A DNA stretch of 61,392 bases, filler included, from Hausera hauseri (taxonomy: Eukaryota): the NCBI GenBank assembly GCA_046269625.1. It is 7 parts of 7 records of this genome, joined end to end, with 100 filler letters (N's around TTAATTAATTAA, not from the genome) between each part and the next. Parts side by side here need not be neighbours in the genome. Positions count along the whole stretch, not along the records: positions 12,450 to 33,660 come from JBJURY010066660.1; 6 more parts are not named here. One strand, 5' to 3'. This document shows, in pieces, positions 23,464-32,692 of this stretch. Every line of letters starts with the position of its first letter. The first letter of the stretch is position 1. The notes under the pieces were generated by a model. It was not told the DNA's origin. It saw only the letters and a program-made list of their open reading frames with translations, and searched no databases. A program made the translations under genes and the position numbers.

Positions 23464-23481
23464 TGGCGCCCGAACAGGGAC
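23464..23481 (+). promoter_or_regulatory. Primer binding site complementary to tRNA-Lys(UUU)
   Basis: TGGCGCCCGAACAGGGAC is an 18/18 match to the canonical tRNA-Lys3 PBS, 2 nt after the LTR-terminal CA. Confidence 0.95.
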
Positions 23482-23644
23482 TGTTTGTGTACTGATAGGT
23501 AAGAATTCAACAAGGGTAAAATAAATAAAATATTTTGCTCAGAACAGCTTAAAAATTCCTCCGAGACAGTCTCGTAAATCTAAACAAGAAGCTTTAAAAC
23601 GCTTATCTGTCAATTCCACACAGTCGTTAGATAGACAAAAATCT

Positions 23645-26600
23645 GTGAAAAATCCAAAACCAAAGTTAAAAGATCTAACCATAGACATTGAACCATTAAA
23701 TCTTAATCTTCTAGAAGATAATAATTTACCTAACATGGCACAACAACAACAACAACAACCCCAAATTAATGTAACTGTTTTTGAGTCTTTGAACATACCC
23801 AAATACGACGGAGATCCTGCTGGATTATTAAAATTTTTAAAAACGTATCAACTTTTAAGTGAAGGTCTGGGCATGGATACTCAAGCCTATATCAGACGTA
23901 TGCCGTTATATCTAGACAACGTAGCATTAGATGTTTTCCAGGAACTAACAAGAGATGAAAAGGCTGATTGGGAAAAACTAACAGCTGCGCTTATCAAAAA
24001 GCTAATGCCTACAGTAACCCCCACAGCCCAGTTAGCTATCTTACAGAAACGTTTTCAGTTACCCGGAGAAACAGTAACACAATATTCATACGCGCTTTCT
24101 GAATTGGTAAAAAACTATGCCAACACAGTAAAAACCCAAATTTTAATAAAAAATCCTGAAGCTAATGAAGATCAACTAAGAGTCGAAACTGATATTCATC
24201 TGTTGACCCAATTCCAAAGAGGAATAAGGAAAGATATTCGTAACGATGTCTTAAAAAAGAATTGTTTTACTTTTAGAGAGGCAGTAAGAGAGGCCCAAAA
24301 CCTTGAGGCATATGTTGGAACATTTACAGGTGATCCTAAAAATAATAATAAAAAATTTCCACAAAATAACAATGGAAACCAACAAAATTCTCAACAACAA
24401 AAGCCACAAAATGCTAATAATCAGCAACAATCTGATGCCTCAAAGTCTCAAAGTAATGCTACTTTTCCACAAAGTAAAGGTAATAACACCAATAAAAACC
24501 CCTGGAGTAGCAATAATAATAGTAATAAGAGTTCATGGAATAAAAATAATTCGAACCAATACCAACAGAAAGGTAGAGTGGACTTAAATAGAAATGGAAC
24601 TCCAGTAATATGCAAAAGATGTGGCCAAAACGGTCATACTTCGGTCAATTGTATGACCCCAGTAGAACAGTTACCGGCTGTAAAGCAAGAAAAAGTGTTG
24701 AATCTATCGTCATTACACGAAACACTGGATGACGTAAAAATCAAATTGGACAGATTGCCTCCACAAATAAAGGAGCAGTTTCTTAGTCAAGCCGCTAAAG
24801 AAAGCACCGATGTCGATGATATGCTTAAAAGATATCAAGCAGGAAAGTATAAAAACCCCATATCATCAATGATCGACGAAGAAGATTATACGGACGAATT
24901 TGTCACTAACAGTATAATCCTTACAACCAGAAAAAGAGCTTTAGACAAATTATTTAAAGGGGAAACCTTAACACCAGCGGAAGATTATTTGTTAAAGGCT
25001 ATGCCTGTAGGACCTGAAGTTGAACCTTCACAAATGCAACAAAATGCACCTGCACAATTCAACTCCGATGAAGAAATAGAAATAAATCCATTAGCCTCGC
25101 TAGAGAAAGATGAGGAGAAAGGTGAACAAGTGCAGAAAGAACTTAATACAGATTTAGATGACTCTTCGAGCGATAGTTCCGAAAAACCTCTAGTAATTGC
25201 AGATACAGTTGATAAAGTTTTAAATAAACTGGAAATCGAAACACAAGAAACTGGTCCACCATTAACCGCTTATCAATGGATACCGATACAACAGGCACCT
25301 GAAACTGAAGAGTTTCTCACCCAGGTAGTTCCAAAAGTTATTAAAAAGTCGAAGCAAAAACCACATGCTAAACCAATCGAAACAATGTTGGAAAATGATA
25401 ACGAAGAAAAATATGTTAATAAGAGAATAAAACAAGATGTCAAAAATATACTAAGTGGAGAAATACCAGAGTATGCAAAAGATTTGCCAGAGATGCAGTT
25501 GGTAATTTTATCGAAACATCTGAATGATCCAAAAAAGTTGAAACAATCCAAAGTATTTGATGATCTCTTACAGACATTAAAACAAATACATAAAAATCGT
25601 TACAGTAAAGAATGTACTGAAATTGATGAATTAATAGACGAGGTTTTAGGTAGAAAAAGAGATACTTCAATCTCACAAATACTAACCAAATCACCTTCAG
25701 TAGAAGCAATAGATTTAACTGAGGATTCTCCACAGACAGAAGATACTTTGCCACAATTGCTACAAAAAGCTAGAGATGTGGACATGGAAAAGATTTCCAC
25801 TTTATCCCAACTTGAAAAAATTTCGCAAGGATTGGAAAATCAATTATTCCTTAAGAAACTAAACTATCAAGATAGACAAAATGTTCAAAGCAGCATCCGA
25901 GATTTACAACAAAAGATAGCCGATTTTCAACAAAGGTTACAGCTCATCGAAGAGATATATTTTGATATTGATAGAATAAACCAAATGAAGCTTTCAAGGC
26001 AAGAAAAGATGAAATGGATTCACAGAAAGAATGAAATAGCTCTGGTGTCAGAATATCCTTTTCAAAAAGAGAATGAAAAATGTATTTTTGAAGTTCGACA
26101 AGAGATTGACAAATTCACCAAACCAACTATACAAAAGGTTAACGAACTAAAACTTAGGATCGAAAAATTGAGTCAACTCAACTTACCTAATTTGTCGCAG
26201 GAAAAATTAAATAAACAAATTCTAAAACTAAATAAATTCAAAAATACGTTTTCAGAAGTAGATCGCGCTAAAATAAACGCTATAGAAAGTTTTATTGATA
26301 GAATAGATGATACACCGAAAATCATGAACAAAATTGAGGAGTTAAAGCTAAAACTGAAAGATAAAAGAATTAAATCAGTAGATAAACCCAAAGCCAAAAA
26401 ACATTTCAAAATGATATCAGCCCTTAAACCATTCTTTACAGAATTAGATAAAAAGAAAATTCAAAGGATAGCTGAATGGTATGAAGATGCGACAAGTAGT
26501 CAAAATCAAGATATTGACGACATACCATTAGAAGAACTAGATGACTCAGAAGAAGCCGACACGGCCGAAGAGTTAAATCTAACGGAAGAAGATGTAGAAA

Positions 26601-29600
26601 AAACTCTACAGCAGTATGAAGAGGTGATAACACAACCTCACCAAGATCCTGTGTATCAAGTACAGTATTCACCCGAAAAATTAAGATCCGACATTTCTTT
26701 AACTCAGGTTTGGCCTGAAGTCTTAGATGAGCACCTATTGAATCTCTTTGAGCCAAAGTTTGATTTACAAGAATTAAAGGAAAAAATACCAGAATTAATT
26801 ATATTAGCAGCCGATAATAACAGATATAATGCATTACCAAGAATGTTACTGAAACAATACGGGACTACATTCCGACAAAATCCTCCTTTAGTACTTCCAT
26901 TAAGGGTAATAACTTTAAAGACTAAAGAGATGAAAATAATTATGTCTACTCATGACAATGTATTAGCTACAAAACAAGCTATAGCGGAAAAGATCAAAAT
27001 AAACATAAATTATATGCGAATTATTTTTGCAAATCGAATACTAGATAACGCTTCTTACCTAACAGAAGTAGGTATCCTACCAGGAGAAAATAACGAGATC
27101 CATGTCATAGAAACTAAACAATTACTTAAAGAAGATATAATCAGGCGAATTTCTGATGGACAAGAAATCAAAATAGACGAAGAAATTCTTGGAATAAACG
27201 ATAAAAAATTGTTTGTAAACAAACTCAAACATAATATTCAAACTCAACAAATAACTCCTATAGCTGAATATGATAAGGAAATACATCAGGATATACCTCA
27301 GCAGCTACTACAAGCTCAACAGAAAAAATTAAAAACTAAACAAACAAATGAAGATTTTATAATAAATTCTTTTGTTCAAAAAATGACAACAACTGAAGTC
27401 ATAAAAACGAATAAGAATTACAAGATAATTCGTGATTTAGTAAAGGAGCTATATGACATCATCACTGGTGTGACAACTATTAGTAAAGAAACACCAAATT
27501 GGATAAAAGGCGTAAAAGAATTGGCATTGCAATATCAAAGAGATCAAGTACCTAAACATTTCCGTGAACAAATAGTCAAGAAATTATTACAAACTCCAAC
27601 AAAAAGACGTATCGAAAAAACGTTAGTCTATCTAGTAACGACAATAGAAAGTAAATCTGAAATTAAGGAAATTATTCCAATCATAATCGACTTGATAGAC
27701 TCGGATGTTTACAAGTTCGGAGGATGGATGTCAATATTTGATAAAAACGTATCAACACAAGTGCAGCCGGCAGTACCAAAAATGACGTTAGAAACGTTGC
27801 CTGAGGTTGTAACCCAACTTACAGAATCAATAAAAGAGCAACAAATACAAGAAGAAAAAGAAGGAAAACCAGCATCGTATAATACTAAAAACATAATAAA
27901 TGCAATATTAGCTGTCTTGTTGCTTTTAACAACTATCCTACCAAAAGGAGCCGGTATTACAATATATGATTGCAACAATAATATTAAGCACGGAAAGTAC
28001 TATTCCCTAATGGATTTAGATAAATGCCCAGATGCATCACCTCACCGCCTAACTACTCAAAAGGAACATATGTACGTCTACCAACAAAAACAGAAGTTAC
28101 ACATATCTGGTTATGAATGCTCCTTGCAAATGTCGGAAAAGTTGCAATATTGCGGGATGCATAGTCACATATCAGAAATTAAACCTTTTACTCCATTCAT
28201 GCAGTTAAAAATTACACCGCAGCAATGCTTAGAAGCCATACAATATGGGAGAATTAATTGGGATGGATTTACTATAGATATCCAACCAGGTGAAGTACGA
28301 ACAGTATTACGTTATAAAGAAGGAACAATTGACGCTGCAGGAAATTGTGCAGCTAATGGTGGAGGTAAAGGAAATATACATACACAAAGGTATATTGCCG
28401 AATTAAAAACAGCAAAATTTATTTTTGACACCACCACAGGTACTATGGTAGATGCACCATTTTGCAAATATACAGCAGAATCATGTCGAGTAAGAACCGG
28501 GTTATTAACTTGGACAAATGATAAAAAATCAAGCTGTCATTTGGCACTTCTAAAAGAAGGAATATTTAACGTGACAACCGGTTATCGTTATAGTGATGAA
28601 ATGAATAGAAATCTACCGGATTCAACCGTTAAAGTAATTCCGGAGGTAAATACCCCAACCATATATTGGTCAAGCAATATAACAGAAGGAATGAAATTTA
28701 TCAGGCAGGAAGCCACGGTGATATGTGACACCACTTTATGGAAAACGAATTATGATAATTTTTTCATATCCTCAATGAAAGTTAGAGGAGCAGATAACGA
28801 ATTCTTTGACAAAACTCAACACTTGGATTTACAATCATACATCAGAAATCGCGATGACTATTTATATTTTATCACTACAAAAAGAATACATGAAATGTAT
28901 TCAGAGGTCATAGAAAATGACTGTAGGTTAAATCAGGAGATTTTAAGAACCAAATTGGCTCTAATCACATCAAATCCAGATATGCTGGTCCCAGCATTAC
29001 CCCTAGCTGAAGGAATGTTTGGCAGAGTGATCGGCGAAACTCTGTTAACCTTCATGTGCCAAAAACTTGAAGTAAATTTAGCTACTGATAGATCAGAATT
29101 AACAACATGCACATCTGAAATTCCGGTCAAATTAAATAATGAAATAAGATTGGTAACACCAATAACACGAATTCTTCTACCCAGGGAAACCAAACCCACT
29201 ATTATTCATAATTGTTCAGGACTAATAAAGCCTAGGATAAAATATAATGATCAAGGACAATGGGTACAACTACCCGATAGCACTATAGTCCAAACACCAT
29301 TAAAAATAACGATGACATCCTTAAAATACGCTGTTGATATAAACTTATTCCAGGACACAGCAAACGTAGGACTATATGGACCAAACGAGCTAAATACATT
29401 CATAAAACAAATTATGTTCCCTATAATGAGAGAACAAGAATTCAATCGAGTAGGCCATGCAGTCCTAATGGGTGGAACATCAACCAGAGACTATAGTAAA
29501 GGATGGCAAAGTGTTCTAGATCCTGATCTCCAAGAGAGAACCATAAAAAAGGTTTTTGGTATAATATTTGGACATTTTCAGTGGCTTGGCAATATAGCCT

Positions 29601-32600
29601 CCACTATATTAGTTTTTTATTATGGGTTCGTAATACTTAAAAATGGATGCATGACCTGCGTAGATGCATACTCCATATACGCCATAACTGGGTGTACTTG
29701 GAAAATATTAGCTGCTCTACTAAAACCGATAGCTAGAATTTTTATGGTACGGCAGGAAAATAAATGGAAACAAGGAATTGAACAACATGTGAACTACATT
29801 CCACCAAATCGAAGACGTCATAGTGGAAAATCTCCAAAACCACCTAAACGAACAACAAGTACCCTAAGAGGAAGTTTAAATGATTTAAGAAAGAGAGTCA
29901 AAAGTTTCGTATCACAGAATCCAGAGAATGTCTACGATAAGGTACAACCAAATATGTATAATCCTAAATGGCCGAGTCCATCACTATCATATCGTGCAAT
30001 GATAAAAGCTAAACAGGATATCTGTACTGCACCTCCCGAATACCAATCGGATATGTCAGGAAGAATGTTGTATTCTCCAAGAAGATCAACGTCGCCCCTG
30101 CAGAATATACCACTAATGAATCCAGAATTAACACGGATGATACAGGAAAAAAGAAACGTTGAGTTGCAACAGTCTACATCAAGAGGTATTGATGATATAT
30201 CAATTCATGATCCATATGATCAGCGAGAGAAATACCTAAAGTTATCGGTATTAAAAACCACCGGCCCACAATATCCTACGGATCAACTAAAAGAAATAAA
30301 AGAAATACAAGATGAAACCCATCATCCTAATGTTACTGTTTTTGGTACTAACAACTTTACAATATCAGCATTAGATGACGAAGTTTTAGACCCTCGATTA
30401 AATCAAACAATTCGTCGTAAAATCGATAAAAGGCCAAGAACATTAATTAAAGTAGGAAATATTATGTTGAAAGCTCTGATCGATACGGGAGCAGCAATAT
30501 CCGTTATAAAAGAAAATTTAATTCCAGAAGATAAGAAACATGAGCTAATAATTCCAGAAGTCCCGACAATAGGTAGAAGTATATTTGGCACTACCCAATC
30601 TCCAATAGCTTACTGGGAAACAGGTATAATTATATATGACGAATATGTTAAAGTCAAATTTAGAATAATGAAAGAATTAGCCGATGAAGTCGTCATTGGA
30701 ATGGATGTATTGTCAGAATTGAAGGACATGGTTATCAATTTAGCAGATGGACAATGCAAACCATACAAAAGTGTAAAATTACCCGAAGGTTATAAACCTA
30801 ATACAGTATGGATGGATTGTGATGAAGATATTCCAGAATTTACAGAAGTCGTCTTGTTTGCAAGCACAGCAATAAATGATGAAGAATCGGACTTTTATTT
30901 TGAACCTAAACTTCTACATGAAACTAACTTGATAATGATACCATCCGTTAGTAAAATAGTTGATAATAAAATTCCAATCCGAATGTTGAACACTTCTGTC
31001 AAATCCTTATGGTTAAGAAAGAACCAAAGACTCGGTGAAATAGTAGCTTCAGTCACTGAAGCAATAGAAGAGATTCCTAAATCAAAGGAATATGTGCTAT
31101 TACCTAAACTGAGTGATACGGATTTAAATCTCCAACAGTATGCTGAATTAAGCATTAAATTACTAAAATATGAAGATGTTTTCGCCAAAAATGAAGATGA
31201 TTTAGGGAAACTCAAAGATTATCACATGACTATTAAACTAAAGAAAGATCCAGAAACAGGATGTGAAATCGATCTTGCAGATCAACCACAGCCTAAATAC
31301 TATCTACCACCAGAGTCAGTAAGACAGGATTTAGACGAAGAGATTAAAAGACTTCTAAAGTTAAAAATAATAGAAAAATGTAATGCGCCTTGGGTATCAC
31401 CTACCCTAATGGTACCTAAAAAGAACACAACCAAAAAACGATTGTGTATTGATTTTAGGCACATTAATAAATACATCATAAGTGATACATATCCATTACC
31501 CAAGATAAAGGAAATTATCGAAAAATTAAAGGAAAGTGAATTTTATGTTACTATTGATTTCCAATGTGGTTTCTGGCATGTTAAAGTTGCCAAAGAAGAT
31601 AGATATAAAACTGCTTTTCGAGTACCAAGAGGTATATACCAATTTAAAAGAATGCCATTTGGACTAAAGATAGCTCCATCGGTTTTCCAAAGATTGATGA
31701 CACAAATATTAATAGAAGAAAATAATCCAGGTGTGAAACTGCCCAACTTTGAAGGAGACATGGTTTATATCGATGATTTAGTTTTAACAGGAAAATCTTT
31801 TGAACAGCTACTAGAAAAAGTAGTAGAAAAGCTAGAAAAATGTAGAAAGACAGGATTAAAAATAAACCCTAAAAAATGCAAATGGTTCAAACAAACCATA
31901 ATTTATTTGGGTTTTAAAATATCTAAGAAAGGTATAGAGACCACGGAAGAAATAATTCAAAAAGTTATCGAATATCCTGAACCTAGAAATAAAAAAGAAT
32001 TACAAGGTTGGTTAGGATTAGTTGGTTTCTATGCAGACTTCATAGAGAATTATGCGCAAACAAATGAATCTTTGTATCAATTATTAAAAAAGAATGTAAA
32101 TTGGGAATGGACTCAAGAAAGGCAAGATGCTTTCGATCATATGAAAAAATTGCTCACATCAGCACCCATTTTACAATATCCCGATTATGACTACCCCTTT
32201 ATCATAAAAACAGATGCAAGCGGAAAAGGGCTAGGATATATATTAGCACAACAATTTGTAAACGAACCTACTGAACACGTAGTAGTATACGGCGCTAGAT
32301 CATTAAAGCCTGCTGAAACCCGATATCAAGCTACTGAATTGGAACTGTTGGCAGTAAAAGAAGCTCTAAGACATTTTTATTACTATATCTACGGCCGGAA
32401 AGTCATCCTTTATACAGATCACCAAGCTTTGTTAAATAAAAAATTCAGTCCAGAAATAACCAAGAGAATGAACAAATGGTTAGCCTATATAAAAGACTTT
32501 AATATAGAGTTCAGGTATAGGCCAGGAAAGCAGAATACTGATGTGGATGCATTATCTAGAATGCCCTATAATGTGTCATCGATTGAAGAAGTTGATAACG

Positions 32601-32692
32601 AGTTCAATGTTATGTTACAGAAATATAGAGAGATAAACACAGCAGCTATTGCTGAAAAAGACGTAAAGGATTTTCAAACAAATTTCAAATAA
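23645..32692 (+). CDS. Polyprotein N-terminal 3015 aa: Gag, linker, ubiquitin-like domain, chuvirus-like glycoprotein, PR, RT, RNase H (first ATG at 23735)
   Basis: Capsid-like 'IPKYDGDPAGLLKFL..' (~23795-24320); N/Q-rich tract; CCHC CKRCGQNGHTSVNC (24611-24652); UBL 26900-27112; signal 'IINAILAVLLLLTTILPKGAG' then 'ITIYDC..SLMDLDKCP..YCGMHSH' (27956 onward); TM ~29550-29640; DTGA; YIDD; RNase H. Confidence 0.95.
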   Translation: MKNPKPKLKDLTIDIEPLNLNLLEDNNLPNMAQQQQQQPQINVTVFESLNIPKYDGDPAGLLKFLKTYQLLSEGLGMDTQAYIRRMPLYLDNVALDVFQELTRDEKADWEKLTAALIKKLMPTVTPTAQLAILQKRFQLPGETVTQYSYALSELVKNYANTVKTQILIKNPEANEDQLRVETDIHLLTQFQRGIRKDIRNDVLKKNCFTFREAVREAQNLEAYVGTFTGDPKNNNKKFPQNNNGNQQNSQQQKPQNANNQQQSDASKSQSNATFPQSKGNNTNKNPWSSNNNSNKSSWNKNNSNQYQQKGRVDLNRNGTPVICKRCGQNGHTSVNCMTPVEQLPAVKQEKVLNLSSLHETLDDVKIKLDRLPPQIKEQFLSQAAKESTDVDDMLKRYQAGKYKNPISSMIDEEDYTDEFVTNSIILTTRKRALDKLFKGETLTPAEDYLLKAMPVGPEVEPSQMQQNAPAQFNSDEEIEINPLASLEKDEEKGEQVQKELNTDLDDSSSDSSEKPLVIADTVDKVLNKLEIETQETGPPLTAYQWIPIQQAPETEEFLTQVVPKVIKKSKQKPHAKPIETMLENDNEEKYVNKRIKQDVKNILSGEIPEYAKDLPEMQLVILSKHLNDPKKLKQSKVFDDLLQTLKQIHKNRYSKECTEIDELIDEVLGRKRDTSISQILTKSPSVEAIDLTEDSPQTEDTLPQLLQKARDVDMEKISTLSQLEKISQGLENQLFLKKLNYQDRQNVQSSIRDLQQKIADFQQRLQLIEEIYFDIDRINQMKLSRQEKMKWIHRKNEIALVSEYPFQKENEKCIFEVRQEIDKFTKPTIQKVNELKLRIEKLSQLNLPNLSQEKLNKQILKLNKFKNTFSEVDRAKINAIESFIDRIDDTPKIMNKIEELKLKLKDKRIKSVDKPKAKKHFKMISALKPFFTELDKKKIQRIAEWYEDATSSQNQDIDDIPLEELDDSEEADTAEELNLTEEDVEKTLQQYEEVITQPHQDPVYQVQYSPEKLRSDISLTQVWPEVLDEHLLNLFEPKFDLQELKEKIPELIILAADNNRYNALPRMLLKQYGTTFRQNPPLVLPLRVITLKTKEMKIIMSTHDNVLATKQAIAEKIKININYMRIIFANRILDNASYLTEVGILPGENNEIHVIETKQLLKEDIIRRISDGQEIKIDEEILGINDKKLFVNKLKHNIQTQQITPIAEYDKEIHQDIPQQLLQAQQKKLKTKQTNEDFIINSFVQKMTTTEVIKTNKNYKIIRDLVKELYDIITGVTTISKETPNWIKGVKELALQYQRDQVPKHFREQIVKKLLQTPTKRRIEKTLVYLVTTIESKSEIKEIIPIIIDLIDSDVYKFGGWMSIFDKNVSTQVQPAVPKMTLETLPEVVTQLTESIKEQQIQEEKEGKPASYNTKNIINAILAVLLLLTTILPKGAGITIYDCNNNIKHGKYYSLMDLDKCPDASPHRLTTQKEHMYVYQQKQKLHISGYECSLQMSEKLQYCGMHSHISEIKPFTPFMQLKITPQQCLEAIQYGRINWDGFTIDIQPGEVRTVLRYKEGTIDAAGNCAANGGGKGNIHTQRYIAELKTAKFIFDTTTGTMVDAPFCKYTAESCRVRTGLLTWTNDKKSSCHLALLKEGIFNVTTGYRYSDEMNRNLPDSTVKVIPEVNTPTIYWSSNITEGMKFIRQEATVICDTTLWKTNYDNFFISSMKVRGADNEFFDKTQHLDLQSYIRNRDDYLYFITTKRIHEMYSEVIENDCRLNQEILRTKLALITSNPDMLVPALPLAEGMFGRVIGETLLTFMCQKLEVNLATDRSELTTCTSEIPVKLNNEIRLVTPITRILLPRETKPTIIHNCSGLIKPRIKYNDQGQWVQLPDSTIVQTPLKITMTSLKYAVDINLFQDTANVGLYGPNELNTFIKQIMFPIMREQEFNRVGHAVLMGGTSTRDYSKGWQSVLDPDLQERTIKKVFGIIFGHFQWLGNIASTILVFYYGFVILKNGCMTCVDAYSIYAITGCTWKILAALLKPIARIFMVRQENKWKQGIEQHVNYIPPNRRRHSGKSPKPPKRTTSTLRGSLNDLRKRVKSFVSQNPENVYDKVQPNMYNPKWPSPSLSYRAMIKAKQDICTAPPEYQSDMSGRMLYSPRRSTSPLQNIPLMNPELTRMIQEKRNVELQQSTSRGIDDISIHDPYDQREKYLKLSVLKTTGPQYPTDQLKEIKEIQDETHHPNVTVFGTNNFTISALDDEVLDPRLNQTIRRKIDKRPRTLIKVGNIMLKALIDTGAAISVIKENLIPEDKKHELIIPEVPTIGRSIFGTTQSPIAYWETGIIIYDEYVKVKFRIMKELADEVVIGMDVLSELKDMVINLADGQCKPYKSVKLPEGYKPNTVWMDCDEDIPEFTEVVLFASTAINDEESDFYFEPKLLHETNLIMIPSVSKIVDNKIPIRMLNTSVKSLWLRKNQRLGEIVASVTEAIEEIPKSKEYVLLPKLSDTDLNLQQYAELSIKLLKYEDVFAKNEDDLGKLKDYHMTIKLKKDPETGCEIDLADQPQPKYYLPPESVRQDLDEEIKRLLKLKIIEKCNAPWVSPTLMVPKKNTTKKRLCIDFRHINKYIISDTYPLPKIKEIIEKLKESEFYVTIDFQCGFWHVKVAKEDRYKTAFRVPRGIYQFKRMPFGLKIAPSVFQRLMTQILIEENNPGVKLPNFEGDMVYIDDLVLTGKSFEQLLEKVVEKLEKCRKTGLKINPKKCKWFKQTIIYLGFKISKKGIETTEEIIQKVIEYPEPRNKKELQGWLGLVGFYADFIENYAQTNESLYQLLKKNVNWEWTQERQDAFDHMKKLLTSAPILQYPDYDYPFIIKTDASGKGLGYILAQQFVNEPTEHVVVYGARSLKPAETRYQATELELLAVKEALRHFYYYIYGRKVILYTDHQALLNKKFSPEITKRMNKWLAYIKDFNIEFRYRPGKQNTDVDALSRMPYNVSSIEEVDNEFNVMLQKYREINTAAIAEKDVKDFQTNFK

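Larger units (their letters stand above)
22144..32685 (+). mobile_element. Giant Gypsy-type LTR element copy 2 (intact 5' end, 3'-truncated after RNase H)
   Basis: LTR-PBS-ORF. Colinear with copy 1 at a constant offset of 15,597 nt (ATG 13298/28895, DTG 14885/30482, YIDD 16169/31766). Homology is lost at ~32660-32685. Confidence 0.92.

Noticed and set aside
23464-23481. HIV-identical PBS as a sign of lentiviral vector contamination
   Set aside because: Flanks are not lentiviral and the RT/IN are Gypsy-like; the identity reflects tRNA conservation
13336-31761. Many short antisense ORFs repeated in both element copies
   Set aside because: Shadows of the long sense ORF with biased codon usage, repeated only because the copies are near-identical
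32660-32692. Stop at 32692 as the natural end of an integrase-less element
   Set aside because: Homology to copy 1 breaks here into unrelated sequence with no PPT or LTR, so it is a truncation or junction
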